Origin: Octopus vulgaris
Taxonomy: Eukaryota
Direction: 5' to 3'
Length of the DNA stretch: 64,000 nt
Assembly (NCBI GenBank): GCA_951406725.2
Contig: OX597815.1
Location: 43,090,001 to 43,154,000, forward strand
The notes beneath the pieces were generated by a model. It was not told where the DNA came from. It saw nothing but the letters and a program-made list of their open reading frames with translations, and made no database searches. Each line of letters begins with the position of its first letter. The stretch's first letter is position 1. Shown piece after piece: positions 40,074 to 52,903 of this stretch. Both the position numbers and the translations under genes were made by a program.

Positions 40074-40075
<2 letters not shown>
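39696..40075 (+). mobile_element. tRNA-headed short element flanked by 31-bp inverted repeats
   Basis: Inverted repeats 39729-39759 and 40041-40071 (1 mismatch). tRNA-like 39766-39840 with A-box TGGCGTGTGG and B-box GAGTTTGATTCC; internal (AAT)n. Confidence 0.7.
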
Positions 40076-40105
<30 letters not shown>

Positions 40106-40159
40106 GTGAATGGAAGAAATGGAGATGAACGAAGATTCTACAGAATTCCTTTTATTACA

Positions 40160-40240
40160 TTCTACACATGTTTCAAAGGCCACAAATTTCTAAATTCTGA
40201 TTGAATAAGGATACCATATTGCAGCTTTCTCTTCAGGGAA
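40160..40240 (-). ncRNA. Hammerhead ribozyme motif with an intact core and a weak stem I
   Basis: ttcc-CTGAAGA-GAAAGCTGCAA...TTGTGGCCTTT-GAAA-C-ATGT-GTA-gaa. Confidence 0.6.
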
Positions 40241-40734
40241 ATCAGGAATTACGATGTCCAAACAAAACAAAGGCGCAGCAAGCAACTCGAACAAGAACGC
40301 TCCCTAGGAGCCCATGGGGTAAACTGTTTCTCAATGTACGTTGAAATCGGGGGTTGGTGGAGGCCGACAAAAAAGTCCGTTGGAATAAATCAAGGTCAGG
40401 CCGCGGTCAAATCTGGTAGGTGAGGAAATAATGAAAACAAGGGGTGTGAAGATATTCTGTGTAACCAAAATTAATGCTCTGAATATTTTAAGAATTCAGG
40501 GTGTCTTATTTAGGTGCGAGAAACTACCTACCTACATGCATGTGTGTGTATGCAAGCCTATGTATGCGTGTCCGTATGTGGCGAGGGGCGCGAGATAGTG
40601 AGCACTGCTGAAAGAAGCCGGTCAGGCGGCTGAAATAATTCTGTGTTCGTGTGTCACACGAACACAGAATTATATATATATATATATATACACGCATGTA
40701 TGGGTACAGGACATCACCATAAGGAATTTGAGCT

Positions 40735-41198
40735 TTCTTCAAGCTTATTCTTTTCTACTCTAGGCACAAGGCCCGGAATTTTTGGGGAGGGGACCAGTCG
40801 ATAAGATCGACCTCAGTACGCAACGGGTACTTAATTTATCGACCCCGAAAGGATGAAAGGCAAAGTCGACTTCGGCGGAATTTGAATTCAGAGCGTAAAG
40901 ACAGACGAAATACAGCTAAGCATTTCGCCCGGTATGCTGCTAAAATTTTACGTTCACAATAAGCTTGAAGAAAAAGGCGGCGGGCTGGCAGAAACGTTAG
41001 CACACTGGGCAAAATGCTTAGCTGTATTTCGTCTGTCTTTACGCTCTGAATTCAAATTCCGCCGAAGTCGACTTTGCCTTTCATCCTTTCGGGGTCGATA
41101 AATTAAGTACCACTTGCATACTGGGTTCGATCTTATCGACTGGTCCCCTCCCTAAAATTCCGGGCCTTGTGCCTAGAGTAGAAAAGAATAAGCTTGAA
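40735..41198. mobile_element. Head-to-head pair of near-identical SINE family B copies
   Basis: Minus copy 40735-40940 and plus copy 40974-41198. AATAAGCTTGAA flanks the plus copy on both sides. Confidence 0.9.
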
Positions 41199-41339
41199 CA
41201 AAGTTCAAATTCCTTATCAAGAAAAGCTAAACCCCAACTAAAGAAAAGGGGCAAATTAACCAAGTCTACATATTTTTTCCAACAACGTTGATCCCTTCAA
41301 GTGATACGTTATATTGAATTTAAATGGACGGCTGAATTC

Positions 41340-41905
41340 TTATTTAAGCACACTATATGATCCCTCATATCATTTTGACTTTTTTGAGTTTTCAGAAATT
41401 TTTTGCTTATTTGTGTTCTACACACGGGAATTCATATGATTATGAAAAAAAAAAATTCGTGTGTGATTTAAGGAAAATTTAGCGGGCGGTTTTAGAACAT
41501 CCCACGACCTGATACCTTGTTGCTTTGCCAGTCTGACATGTAATGATGTTTTCAATATTTTTCTCCCCATAAACGCATTTAATGGTACTGTTCGTATTTC
41601 AAACTTGATTTTAAAACAAGAAATTTACAAAAAGTGGAAATTCTACAATATATGGGAGGGGGTGGGGGTTAAAAAATAGGGAAATTTTTTTTTTTCATAA
41701 TTGCATGAATTATTGTCTATGGAACAGATTCGCAAAAAAATTTTCTGACCCCCCCCCCCCCAATGAAACAGTTAGGAGGGGTTGGACGGGGTACTTAAAC
41801 CAGAATTCCACCAAATTGACTTCTAATGTAATTCGCCCATACGAATTACACGAAAAAAAGTTATTCTCAGGTTACGAACCACTGATCCATATAAATATAT
41901 AAGAA
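41340..41905 (-). mobile_element. Possible non-autonomous Helitron-like element
   Basis: Minus strand begins A|TTCTTATATATTTATATGGATCAGTGG; the 3' CTAG end is not clearly preserved. Confidence 0.3.
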
Positions 41906-42179
41906 TATGTTAACTGTTACTACGTGTCTAAAACATTTTCATGGCAGCATAGATATGCATTGCATTAAACATAAATTCTCTGTGAAAAGATACTTTGTTT
42001 CATGCGTTGGCCGATGCCAAGATACGATGTGTAGTGCATGATTGATTTGCAAAGCAGACATATTAAATAAGAGATGATTTACTAAATTAAAGTAAAAGGT
42101 ATTTAGACTAAGTCGCTACTATTTTTATGCAACAGCGGAAACTGTTTTCGTGGGTCGTATGAAATGAGGCATCTTAAGT

Positions 42180-42620
42180 TGAAGGGTCTGCTTTAGAATG
42201 ATTTGACAATCCTTTCGACCAGATAAGACATCTCTGATCGGAGTATTATTTATTTTGGTTGGATTTTGCTGCTCCTTGCTGTCGATTGTTTAGATAAGCT
42301 AAGTCGGGTGTTTTTGCTGGGTAGTGGTGTAACTAGAAAATGAAGTCGATTCGTATGTTCTTTAATAGCAAAAGTAAATACATGCTAATGGGCAAGTGCT
42401 TTTATTGCAAGTATAACCAGGAAGCTTTATATTTTCTCAATGTCCGTTTTACTACTGTAACTTTGTTTCCGGTTCACTTGAATGACAATTGCTATCTGTC
42501 TGATAACATTTACGTTTGTCAAACTAAACTGATGACAGACATTGATTGGTGATATATTTAAATGCAATGCTTAAATGTGTATACTGTCTTAAAAGTCTGT
42601 GTTGATTATATAAGATAATA
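42180..42620 (-). mobile_element. Highly degraded Penelope-like RT fragment
   Basis: Minus strand HVFTFAIKEHTNRLHFL resembles the PLE FT.E.E..N.LPFLD motif. Confidence 0.4.
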
Positions 42621-43379
42621 AAATATGGAGTTTATTAGCTTATTGTCGGAAATCAGCTACATGTATTATTTCAGGTACATTTATTTTTTCAGGTGTGTAT
42701 TGTTTTAAATACTTGTGTCAAGTGAAATTGCACCATATGCTACTACATATCCTTGAATTTTCTCAGGTGCAATTTTCAGTACGTTGTTCATAAATTAGTT
42801 TTAAACCACAGTTATTCTGTTTTCTATCTAACTAATCATGAAATATCTTGTGATTCTGTATAACACTAAGACAGAGTAGAACTGTAACTTTCTATCCATT
42901 ACCATCAGAATTGTAAAGAGTACGGCCGGAGTTACAGGAAATTTGGATAGTATTGCTTGTATGTAATCTCAAATTTTAAAACAAACACAAAATTTTCTTG
43001 TTTTCTTAAACATTCTCTTGAACAATACTATGTACAAAACCAAATATATGACACCCTAGGCATAATACCAACATGAACTTCTAACTTGTCTCTTGAGGTC
43101 TCTGGTTGAGACTTGGAGCCAACTTGTACAAATACAAAGCAAAAGTGAAACCTATAATAATAATATCGTACTTATAAGTGCAGATGCAGCACGGAATTTT
43201 GTCAGTGAACAGGTTGCGATCTCAAAGCGACGAAAATATTTTGACATATTGAATTTAAATGTTGAAGTAATCTAACGGTTTTTATGTGTTTTTAAATGGC
43301 TTATAAACATCTTCAACGCTGCAATTGTTTTTATTTCAGCATACTATCTCAGATCAGGTCGCTTGCTATGCAAGTACAT

Positions 43380-44545
43380 CTCCGTAATAATAATGAAATA
43401 AGCAGATAAAGTGGGTGCAATTGTTATTGTGAATGCCGAATACTACAAGGATTTGGTTGAGGACCAACTGAAGGACACAGCCTTCTATTGTGAAATACCT
43501 TCAAATATAGACCACCACATCATGAAGAAGATCAACAACCTGGGTTCAAAACATTACAACTCACTTACCGATAATGAAAGAGACTGCATCACTAATTTCG
43601 AGCCATAGCCCAGCAACTTCTACGGTTTACCGAAAATATATAAGTTAAAAGATATCCATATTTTAACGGTGGTGCATCAGCATGGCCGCAGCTCTGAGCT
43701 GAAACTAGAGAGAAAAAAAATATGCAGTAAACTAACAAGAAAGTGAGTACTTAAAATTACTATATCCCAAAGACTTAAAATTTAGACCTATTATAGCTGG
43801 TTCAGTATGCCCCACCCACCGTCTAAGCAATTTTATTGACATTGTTTTGAAACCATGTACCTACATACCTAGTTTCATCCAGGATGACATTGACTTCCTG
43901 TCCTATCTTCCCATAACAATAGAAACGAATTCACTTTTACTTAGTTTTGATGTGGCAAGCATTTACACCAATATTCCACATGATTTAGGAACAAAGGTGA
44001 TTAAATACTGGGTAGAAAACATAGAGAGGTGATCCCCCAACAGATTTACAGTGCCATTTATATTAGACACAGTGAGACTTATTTTGGAAAACAACACATT
44101 CTTCTTCAATGGAAAGATTACATCCAAATTAAAGGCAAGGCGATGGGAACGAGGTTTGCTCCAGTTCCGCGAACTCTGTAATGGGATACTTAGAACAGCA
44201 ACTCTAACAAGAAGTAGAGGAAAGCTATAGCACTGAATTTAGAAAGTATATTGAAAAGGCATGGAAGAGATACCTTGAAGACTGCTTCATAATCTGGACA
44301 GAATTTCTAAATACTCTGGAAGAGTTTAATATCCTGGACAGCTTACACACAACTCTCCAATTTACAAAGCAGATGAGTAGTACCAAATTATAATTCCTAG
44401 AGATAATGGTAATTAAAAAGGGCACCAACATTATCACAGATGTATACAATAAACACACACGGACAGATCAATCCCTGAATTTTAAGTCGTGCCATCCACC
44501 ACATACAAAACACAACATCCCATACTGCCTAAACCAAACACTAAT
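43380..44545 (+). mobile_element. Penelope-like element RT pseudogene
   Basis: ADKVGAIVI, FYGLPKIYK, FRPIIAG, SFDVASIYTNIP, IQIKGKAMGTRFAP, WKRYLEDCFIIW and TDVYNKHT..SCHPPHTKHNIP are PLE RT motifs. Many stops; a short SINE tail is inserted at ~43665-43720. Confidence 0.92.
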
Positions 44546-45061
44546 CAACTTATGTAATTTAGTGAAGCCACGCACTGATCGCTCAGAATACAGTTTGTAA
44601 AACTTAACACTGTAGAGCCTATACAAATGCATTTAAGGCACACATTTTAGCAGGCTCACTTGAGTTGTAAATCGTAAAACATAACTGTCACCACTACTAT
44701 ATGAGCCTAAAGATTGCATAATTTGATGCATGAAAGTACTAGTTCACTCAGAATTAACATTTAATACCCTATCATCTCATAATATTATATTATATATTAT
44801 ATTAAGTTATATTATTAAAAGATTGTACATAAAACGGGAAAATCAAAGTTGGAATTCCTTTGATTGATATATTCTATACACAATCATGCACACCCGTGTG
44901 TATGTGACTATATATATATATATATATATATGAGTGGATAGACGAAAGAAAGAAGCACTCAACACACAGTTGTAGTTATACTGTTATTTAAAACAATTTG
45001 ATTCGGCAATATGTAACTTAGTTTCGTTGGTTTGTTTGAGACACATACACACGCACAAGCG

Positions 45062-45119
<58 letters not shown>

Positions 45120-47036
45120 TATATGTATATATATCAAATAATAAACTAAAGGACGGCATAAACTCTTGCTGAGAGTCCACAGTTACATATATTAGAACTC
45201 GGAAGCTCATTGTTGGTCCAATGTGTCTGAGTATGTGTCTCTGCGCACGTTCGCGTGTGTGTGTGTCTGCGCGCCTTCGTGCGTGTGTGTGTGTGTGAGT
45301 CTGTATTTGTTTGTTGGTATGACAGCCATTTTTGTTTCCCCGTGAGCAATGTTATATTAACGACGCTTTCGTCTTTCATTTGTGTGTAGAAGACGAGACT
45401 GTCTTATTAACTGATTAGTCGTGGAATATCTTCGTCGTCGTTTGATCTCTTTGTCCAAGCAATCTGTTTTACAGACATCAACTACATTACTACAAAAGCC
45501 ATTAACAATGTCTTAACCAATCAAATCGTCCCTATGTTTGTTTATTTGTTTGTTTTTGTTTTGTTTATTACTTTTACTATCGCTAATTACTTTTCGGTGT
45601 ATTTTGCCGTATGAATTTCTTTATATTTGCTTTTTAGGGCTTTTACAGGGTAAAATTGTTATTGGTGTTCTCTTTCTAGGGATGAAAGTAGTATTTCTAG
45701 GTTCTTTACGATTGACTATTGTTGCTGTTAGTTCTGGTGGTGATAGTGGTGATGGTCGTGGTAGCTGAGTCGTGGTGGCGGTGGTGGTGGTGGTGGTGGT
45801 GGTGATAATAGTAGGGCTTCTGTAAGGAATGAAGAAAATGCGTTGGTAGTAGCGATAGTGGTGATGGTAGAGTTAATAAAATCATGGCAGTGCAGAGATG
45901 AGGGATCTTTTCTGTTTGGATACTCCTGTGGAAATTTCAAAGTTTAGTGAAAATTTAAAAATTTGGTGGATTGATGTCATTTTCCACGCTGAATCTCAGG
46001 AGATATTTCATTTCATTTTTTTTTTTCCAGAATTAAAAAAAAAAAAGTTATAGAAGTACAAGGTTTGATAAATTTTACCCAATCACAAAACAAGATTTGG
46101 AAGTTGTCATTTTGCAGGTGTTGTCAATTGTAAATAAATGAAATATTGGCGGAATTCTGCAGTACACACGCTATATAGGCTCTTTTCTTCTTTTTCTTTT
46201 ATTTGNNNNNNNNNNNNNNNNNNNNNNNNNNNNNNNNNNNNNNNNNNNNNNNNNNNNNNNNNNNNNNNNNNNNNNNNNNNNNNNNNNNNNNNNNNNNNNN
46301 NNNNNTTTAATATCCTGGACAGCTTACACACAACTCTCCAATTTACAAAGCAGATGAGTAGTACCAAATTATAATTCCTAGAGATAATGGTAATTAAAAA
46401 GGGCACCAACATTATCACAGATGTATACAATAAACACACACGGACAGATCAATCCCTGAATTTTAAGTCGTGCCATCCACCACATACAAAACACAACATC
46501 CCATACTGCCTAAACCAAACACTAATCAACTTATGTAATTTAGTGAAGCCACGCACTGATCGCTCAGAATACAGTTTGTAAAACTTAACACTGTAGAGCC
46601 TATACAAATGCATTTAAGGCACACATTTTAGCAGGCTCACTTGAGTTGTAAATCGTAAAACATAACTGTCACCACTACTATATGAGCCTAAAGATTGCAT
46701 AATTTGATGCATGAAAGTACTAGTTCACTCAGAATTAACATTTAATACCCTATCATCTCATAATATTATATTATATATTATATTAAGTTATATTATTAAA
46801 AGATTGTACATAAAACGGGAAAATCAAAGTTGGAATTCCTTTGATTGGTATATTCTATACACAATCATGCAGACCCGTGTGTATGTGTCTATATATATAT
46901 ATATATATGAGTGGATAGACGAAAGAAAGAAGCACTCAACACACAGTTGTAGTTATACTGTTATTTAAAACAATTTGATTCGGCAATATGTAACTTAGTT
47001 TCGTTGGTTTGTTTGAGACACATACACACGCACAAG

Positions 47037-47097
<61 letters not shown>

Positions 47098-48185
47098 ATA
47101 TGTATATATATCAAATAATAAACTAAAGGACGGCATAAACTCTTGCTGAGAGTCCACAGTTACATATATTAGAACTCGGAAGTTCATTGTTGGTCCAATG
47201 TGTGTGAGTTTGTGTCTCTGCGCACGTTCGCGTGTGTGTGTGTCTGCGCGCCTTCGTGCGTGTGTGTGTGTGTGAGTCTGTATTTGTTTGTTGGTATGAC
47301 AGCCATTTTTGTTTCCCCGTGAGCAATGTTATATTAACGACGCTTTCGTCTTTCATTTGTGTGTAGAAGACGAGACTGTCTTATTAACTGATTAGTCGTG
47401 GAATATCTTCGTCGTCGTTTGATCTCTTTGTCCAAGCAATCTGTTTTACAGACATCAACTACATTACTACAAAAGCCATTAACAATGTCTTAACCAATCA
47501 AATCGTCCCTATGTTTGTTTATTTGTTTGTTTTTGTTTTGTTTATTACTTTTACTATCGCTAATTACTTTTCGGTGTATTTTGCCGTATGAATTTCTTTA
47601 TATTTGCTTTTTAGGGCTTTTACAGGGTAAAATTGTTATTGGTGTTCTCTTTCTAGGGATGAAAGTAGTATTTCTAGGTTCTTTACGATTGACTATTGTT
47701 GCTGTTAGTTCTGGTGGTGATAGTGGTGATGGTCGTGGTAGCTGAGTCGTGGTGGCGGTGGTGGTGGTGGTGGTGGTGGTGATAATAGTAGGGCTTCTGT
47801 AAGGAATGAAGAAAATGCGTTGGTAGTAGCGATAGTGGTGATGGTAGAGTTAATAAAATCATGGCAGTGCAGAGATGAGGGATCTTTTCTGTTTGGATAC
47901 TCCTGTGGAAATTTCAAAGTTTAGTGAAAATTTAAAAATTTGGTGGATTGATGTCATTTTCCACGCTGAATCTCAGAAGATATTTCATTTCATCTTTTTT
48001 TTTTTTCAGAATTAAAAAAAAAAAACAAGTTATAGAAGTACAAGGTTTAATAAATTTTACCCAATCAGAAAACAAGATTTGGAAGTTGTCATTTTGCAGG
48101 TGTTGTCAATTGTAAATAAATGAAATATTGGCGGAATTCTGCAGTACACACGCTATATAGGCTCTTTTCTTCTTTTTCTTTTATT
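44326..48185 (+). repeat. ~1.88 kb near-identical direct duplication (44326-46205 and 46306-48185) across a 100-N gap
   Basis: Copies differ by a few SNPs and microsatellite lengths, and both abut the gap at 46206-46305. Confidence 0.93.
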
Positions 48186-48383
48186 TGTTTCAGTCATTTG
48201 ACTGCGGCCAAGCTGGAGCACCGCCTTTAGTCGAGCAAATCGATCCCAGGACTTATTCTTTGTAAGCCTAGCACTTATTCTATCGTTCTCTTTTGCTGAA
48301 CCGCTATGTTACGGGGACATAAACATACCAGCATCGGTTGTCAAGCGATGTTGGGGGGACAAACATAGACACACAAATATATG

Positions 48384-48474
<91 letters not shown>

Positions 48475-48598
48475 GACGGGCTTTGGTTGGCTCGAGGCTA
48501 TAGTAGAAGACACTTGCCCAAGGTGCCACGTAGGGGGACTGAACCCGGAACCATGTGGTTGGTAAGCAAGCTACTTACCACACAGCCACTCCTGCACC
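48176..48598 (-). mobile_element. SINE family A
   Basis: Reverse-complement match with a small internal deletion. Confidence 0.9.
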
Positions 48599-49321
48599 TA
48601 TTTTTGAACTTTCCGAAAATTTTTGCCAATATGTATTCTACACACAGAAATTCATTCGATTATGCAAAAACTAAACCAAAAACTTTGGCGTTGCTTGATT
48701 TAAGACCTACTTGGCTGTTATTTTCAGCATATCTCACGACCAATGAGTAGAATATATTTGTTAACATGTGCTTTATCTCAGACAAAAGAGTTCTCATGCT
48801 TAGCTTGTTACTAAGGAAACAGATATGAATGTGTCTGTGACTTACGATTGGCTAAAATTTTAAAGCTTTATTGATTTATGGCGAAAATGAATTTTATGTC
48901 AATCGTTAGCATACAAAACTACATCACTACACCAAATATGAAAAGATCCGAGATGAGTAAGAGTGTCGTTGTACCGATGCTCATAGTTATGTTGCTGTTG
49001 GTGCAGTAGTTGTTATTGTTGTTGGTGGTGGTGATGATGTTTTTATGAATGGAAGAACATGGCTATTTGGTTAAGAAATTCACTTCTTAACCACATGATT
49101 TCGGATTCATTCCCACTGTGCAGCACTATAGTTAAATATCTTCTATTATAGTCCAAGATTGACCAATACTTTGTGAATGGATTTGGTACAGAGGAAACTA
49201 TGTCGAAGCCCGTCGTATGTATATACATATATATCTATGTATGTATATATATGTGTGCGCATGTGTGTGTATGTGTGTGTATATGTGTGTGTGTATGTGT
49301 GTGTGTGAGTGTGTGAGTGTA

Positions 49322-49473
49322 TTACATTGAAACACCGGTTCTGGTCCGATCACCGAAGTTAAGCAACGTCGAGTTTAGTACTTAGATGGGTGACCGCTTG
49401 CGAAACCTAGGTGGCGTAAACATCTTTCACTGGCGGTGCACAAGCATGGCCACAGCTTTGGGGTTGAAACGTA
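49322..49473 (+). mobile_element. 5S rRNA-derived SINE (SINE3-type) carrying a family-A-like tail
   Basis: TTGAAACACCGGTTCTGGTCCGATCACCGAAGTTAAGCAACGTCGAG..TTAGTACTTAGATGGGTGACCGC is 5S rRNA-like, with A/IE/C boxes. It is followed by GGCGGTGCACAAGCATGGCCACAGC. Confidence 0.85.
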
Positions 49474-49860
49474 TCTCTCTATATATAAACGGCAGTTTGT
49501 CTGTGCGTGTTTCTGTGTGTCTGTTTTCTCGTACCCTCACCCTGACCACGGCTTTCAACCGATTCTGATGAAACTTGACACACGCATAGCCCAATGTCAT
49601 AATTCAAAACTAACGCAGCGAAAATTTTGAAAAGTTCCCCCAGTTCTGAAAAAAATCGATAAATTCGACATGGGGTCGAGAATAAAAAAAAACAAACCAC
49701 AGACTGTCTAGGGGACGCAACTCAACCTTTTTTTACTCTCAAAAAACAATTTACCATAATTTTTTTTCAATTTTTTTGCTATTTTTTGGCTATAACTCTC
49801 TAAAGATGCTTTATAGTTATTTCCCTTACAAACCTGAGCAACGCCGGGCGATACTGCTAG
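49474..49860 (+). mobile_element. Non-autonomous Helitron
   Basis: A|TCTCTCTATATATAAAC...CCTGAGCAACGCCGGG (hairpin)...CTAG|T; inserted between A and T with no target duplication. Confidence 0.88.
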
Positions 49861-49928
49861 TACAAGAATAAAAGAATACACACACACATATATATATGTA
49901 TGTATATATGTACGTATGTATACATGTG

Positions 49929-49960
<32 letters not shown>

Positions 49961-50367
49961 TGTATGCATATGCGCGTGCCTTTATGTTTGTCGCATTCAT
50001 ACATACATACATACATACATACATACATACATACATACATACATACATACATACATACATACATACATACGTACATACATACGTATATACATACATTTAA
50101 GTATCTATGAGCATGTCAAGATATGCACGCATATGCTTGAGAAGACATACACAAAGCAAATCATACAAACCTACACATATACATACATACAAAAATCCCC
50201 TGTTGATGTTGTTGAATCTCCATCGAAGGAACTTGGATTTAGGTTAGAAACCGGTTCTTTCTCTATTGGCAAGAAATCTCGAAATAAGACTGGATAATGA
50301 CATACATATATGTACACAGGCGCAGGCTTTGCTGTGTGGAGGCGCGTGAGTGGATGTGTGGAGGTGA

Positions 50368-50515
50368 AGGCGTGGCTGTGTTGTAATAAGCTTGCTTTCC
50401 AATCACATGGCTACGGGTTCAGTCCCACTGCGTGGCAGCTTGGGCAAGAGTCTTCTACTATATCCTCGGGCCGATCAAAGCCTTCTGAGTAGACTTGGTA
50501 GACGTGTGTGTGTGT

Positions 50516-50555
<40 letters not shown>

Positions 50556-50732
50556 GTGTGTGTCTGTGTGTGTATGTGCTTGTGTGTGTGTTTGTGTGTC
50601 TGTGTCGGTATCCCTACCATCGCTTGACAACCGGTGTAATAAATCCTGGGGACGATTTGTTTGATTAACGGCCGTGCTCCAGCATGACAGCAGTCAAATG
50701 ACTGAAACAAATAAAAGTATAAAAGAATAAAA
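50368..50732 (+). mobile_element. SINE family A, diverged
   Basis: Head, (TG)n and tail. Confidence 0.8.
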
Positions 50733-50786
50733 TAATTTTTATACATTATATATATGTGTATGTGTGTGTATGTATGTATATGAGAT

Positions 50787-50832
<46 letters not shown>

Positions 50833-51069
50833 ATAAATGTGTGCGTGTGAGTGATATTTTCTTGTTTGAATCTCAATGGCTTCAGAAGTGTGTTTGTTTT
50901 GAATTTCGAACATTCTTTTATCTGATTTCTCTCTTATCTGTTTTACTTCAACTTTGTTACTAACCTTGCAGCTATCTGGACGTTAGCATGTTTGAAAAGA
51001 AAAGAAAACAAATAAAAAATAAAATTACATGCTTACTAATTGCTTTATCTAGCTTCTTTACTGACCTTC

Positions 51070-51098
51070 CCGCCGCCGCCACGATGACGACGACCCCG

Positions 51099-51166
<68 letters not shown>

Positions 51167-51206
51167 CACCACCACCACCACCACCACCACCACCACCACC
51201 ACCACC

Positions 51207-51267
<61 letters not shown>

Positions 51268-51290
51268 ATAATAATAATAATAATACGGTC
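51070..51290. repeat. (ACT)n/(ACC)n/(AAT)n compound microsatellite
   Basis: Seen directly. Confidence 0.95.
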
Positions 51291-51384
51291 ACCACCACTA
51301 TCACACTCCTCACCATCGCACCCACCTAATACCACCATGTACACCATTTCCGTTTATGTATAGCTCCTATAGCATCTTTATTCT

Positions 51385-51885
51385 AGACTAATAAGGATGG
51401 AACAAAGCACAATGCCCATAACTTTTGTTGATCCTCTGAGGGCCAGTAGGAGTAGTTCCGTCAATGCCCCGCTTAAATCACTGCACGTTGATGGTTGCTG
51501 ATAAGAAATGAGCAAGTTCTGTGTGAGAAAAGGTGATGGGTGTAGTGGTCGGAGCGAGACCTGACGGACGGACGGACCGAACAGGAATGATAAGAAGATA
51601 AGCGATGAAAGCGTCAGGACTTCATGAGTGAAAGAAACACATGACCAGCTAACCTCAAGAAACAGAGGCCATTATAGTAGCGGTAGAAAAGTGTATCAGG
51701 AGAGATCGCAAATACTTTGGCTGGACCGAGACGGTGAGTGATTTTATACCATGTAGTAGTGTGGCCTTTCTCTGAATGCTGTCTAGAATGTCTATAATTG
51801 TATATAACAGCAGCAACATCCCAGATGCGAGAAGAATAGTCCACTGACAGCCTTATTTGTAATTTATAAAGTGTTAGCAATTATG
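51385..51885 (-). mobile_element. CR1/Jockey-group LINE 3' fragment
   Basis: LTLYKLQIRLSVDYSSRIWD...TLFYRYYNGLCFLRLA resembles the LYK.QIRP.[LM]EY.S.IW...LFYR.Y.G.C C-terminal region. Confidence 0.7.
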
Positions 51886-51949
51886 GAGGGTTAAAGTGTT
51901 TTCTGACATTGAAGAAAAGGCCGGTTTTGGGGATGTAATTCTACCGATG

Positions 51950-52590
51950 TTAAGGAAATCCAATCAACAATTTCGACAGGCCATATGATAGATTTGGTCT
52001 TATAGTAGATACCAAATAGACAAAAGTCCTCGCTCAACCTGTTTTGAAGACCATTCTCCTTCATTTCAACATTGCTATCTCTGTTACATCTCTCGAGAAT
52101 GTTAACTACTCTTCCTATCTCGGAAGTCTTCTTACCTTCAAGTGTACCTCTGAAAAGGATGTGCAACTCCGAACAGGATGATCTCTTGCAGCATTAGAAG
52201 TATAGCAAAATGCATTTTTATTAACGAAGACTTAATCCAAATAGTGAAACATATCGTTTATCCACTATCATCATCTCAGCTTTGTCATACGGTTGTGAAA
52301 CAAAGACACTTTCTCGTCAAAAAGCTGGAGCGTTGCCATTACCAATATTTCCGTATCATCACAGATATCAAATAGAAGAACTACTTGATCATCAATGTTG
52401 TCCTAAGAAAGCAAAACCAGAAAAGTAAAAACAAACAAACAAACAATTGAAGCATAGAGTCTACCGTTATGAAACACCGGCTACGATGATCGAGAGATGT
52501 ATTTAGAATGAGAAATCGAGATCTCGTCTTGAAATCCATTTCAGTGAAGCAACTACTGAGAAACTTTTGAGGATGCCCTTTCCGTTGTTA
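51950..52590 (+). mobile_element. Old RTE LINE fragment
   Basis: LENVNYSSYLGSLL...LSYGCET...KLERCH...SIESTVMKHRLR*S..V.RM across frameshifts. Confidence 0.7.
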
Positions 52591-52795
52591 TATATTAAGC
52601 CCCACAATAAACAGAAAATGTCAAAACACAACATGCGGAAAAAAGGATGATAGCTCGACAACAGCAAACAGGATAAAACGAGATACATGAATCATTTGCA
52701 GCCAATTGCCTCTTCAGTCGGAGTCTAGAATGTCCACGTAGTTTTGCTCATACATACATACATACATACATACATGCATACATACATACATACAT

Positions 52796-52903
<108 letters not shown>

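Noticed and set aside
49322-49420. Functional 5S rRNA gene
   Set aside because: 5' end missing, internal deletions present, and fused to a SINE tail; treated as SINE or pseudogene.
50215-50262. CATCGAAGG...AGAAACCGGTTC hammerhead-like motif
   Set aside because: Lacks CUGANGA and a credible stem I; too degenerate to call.
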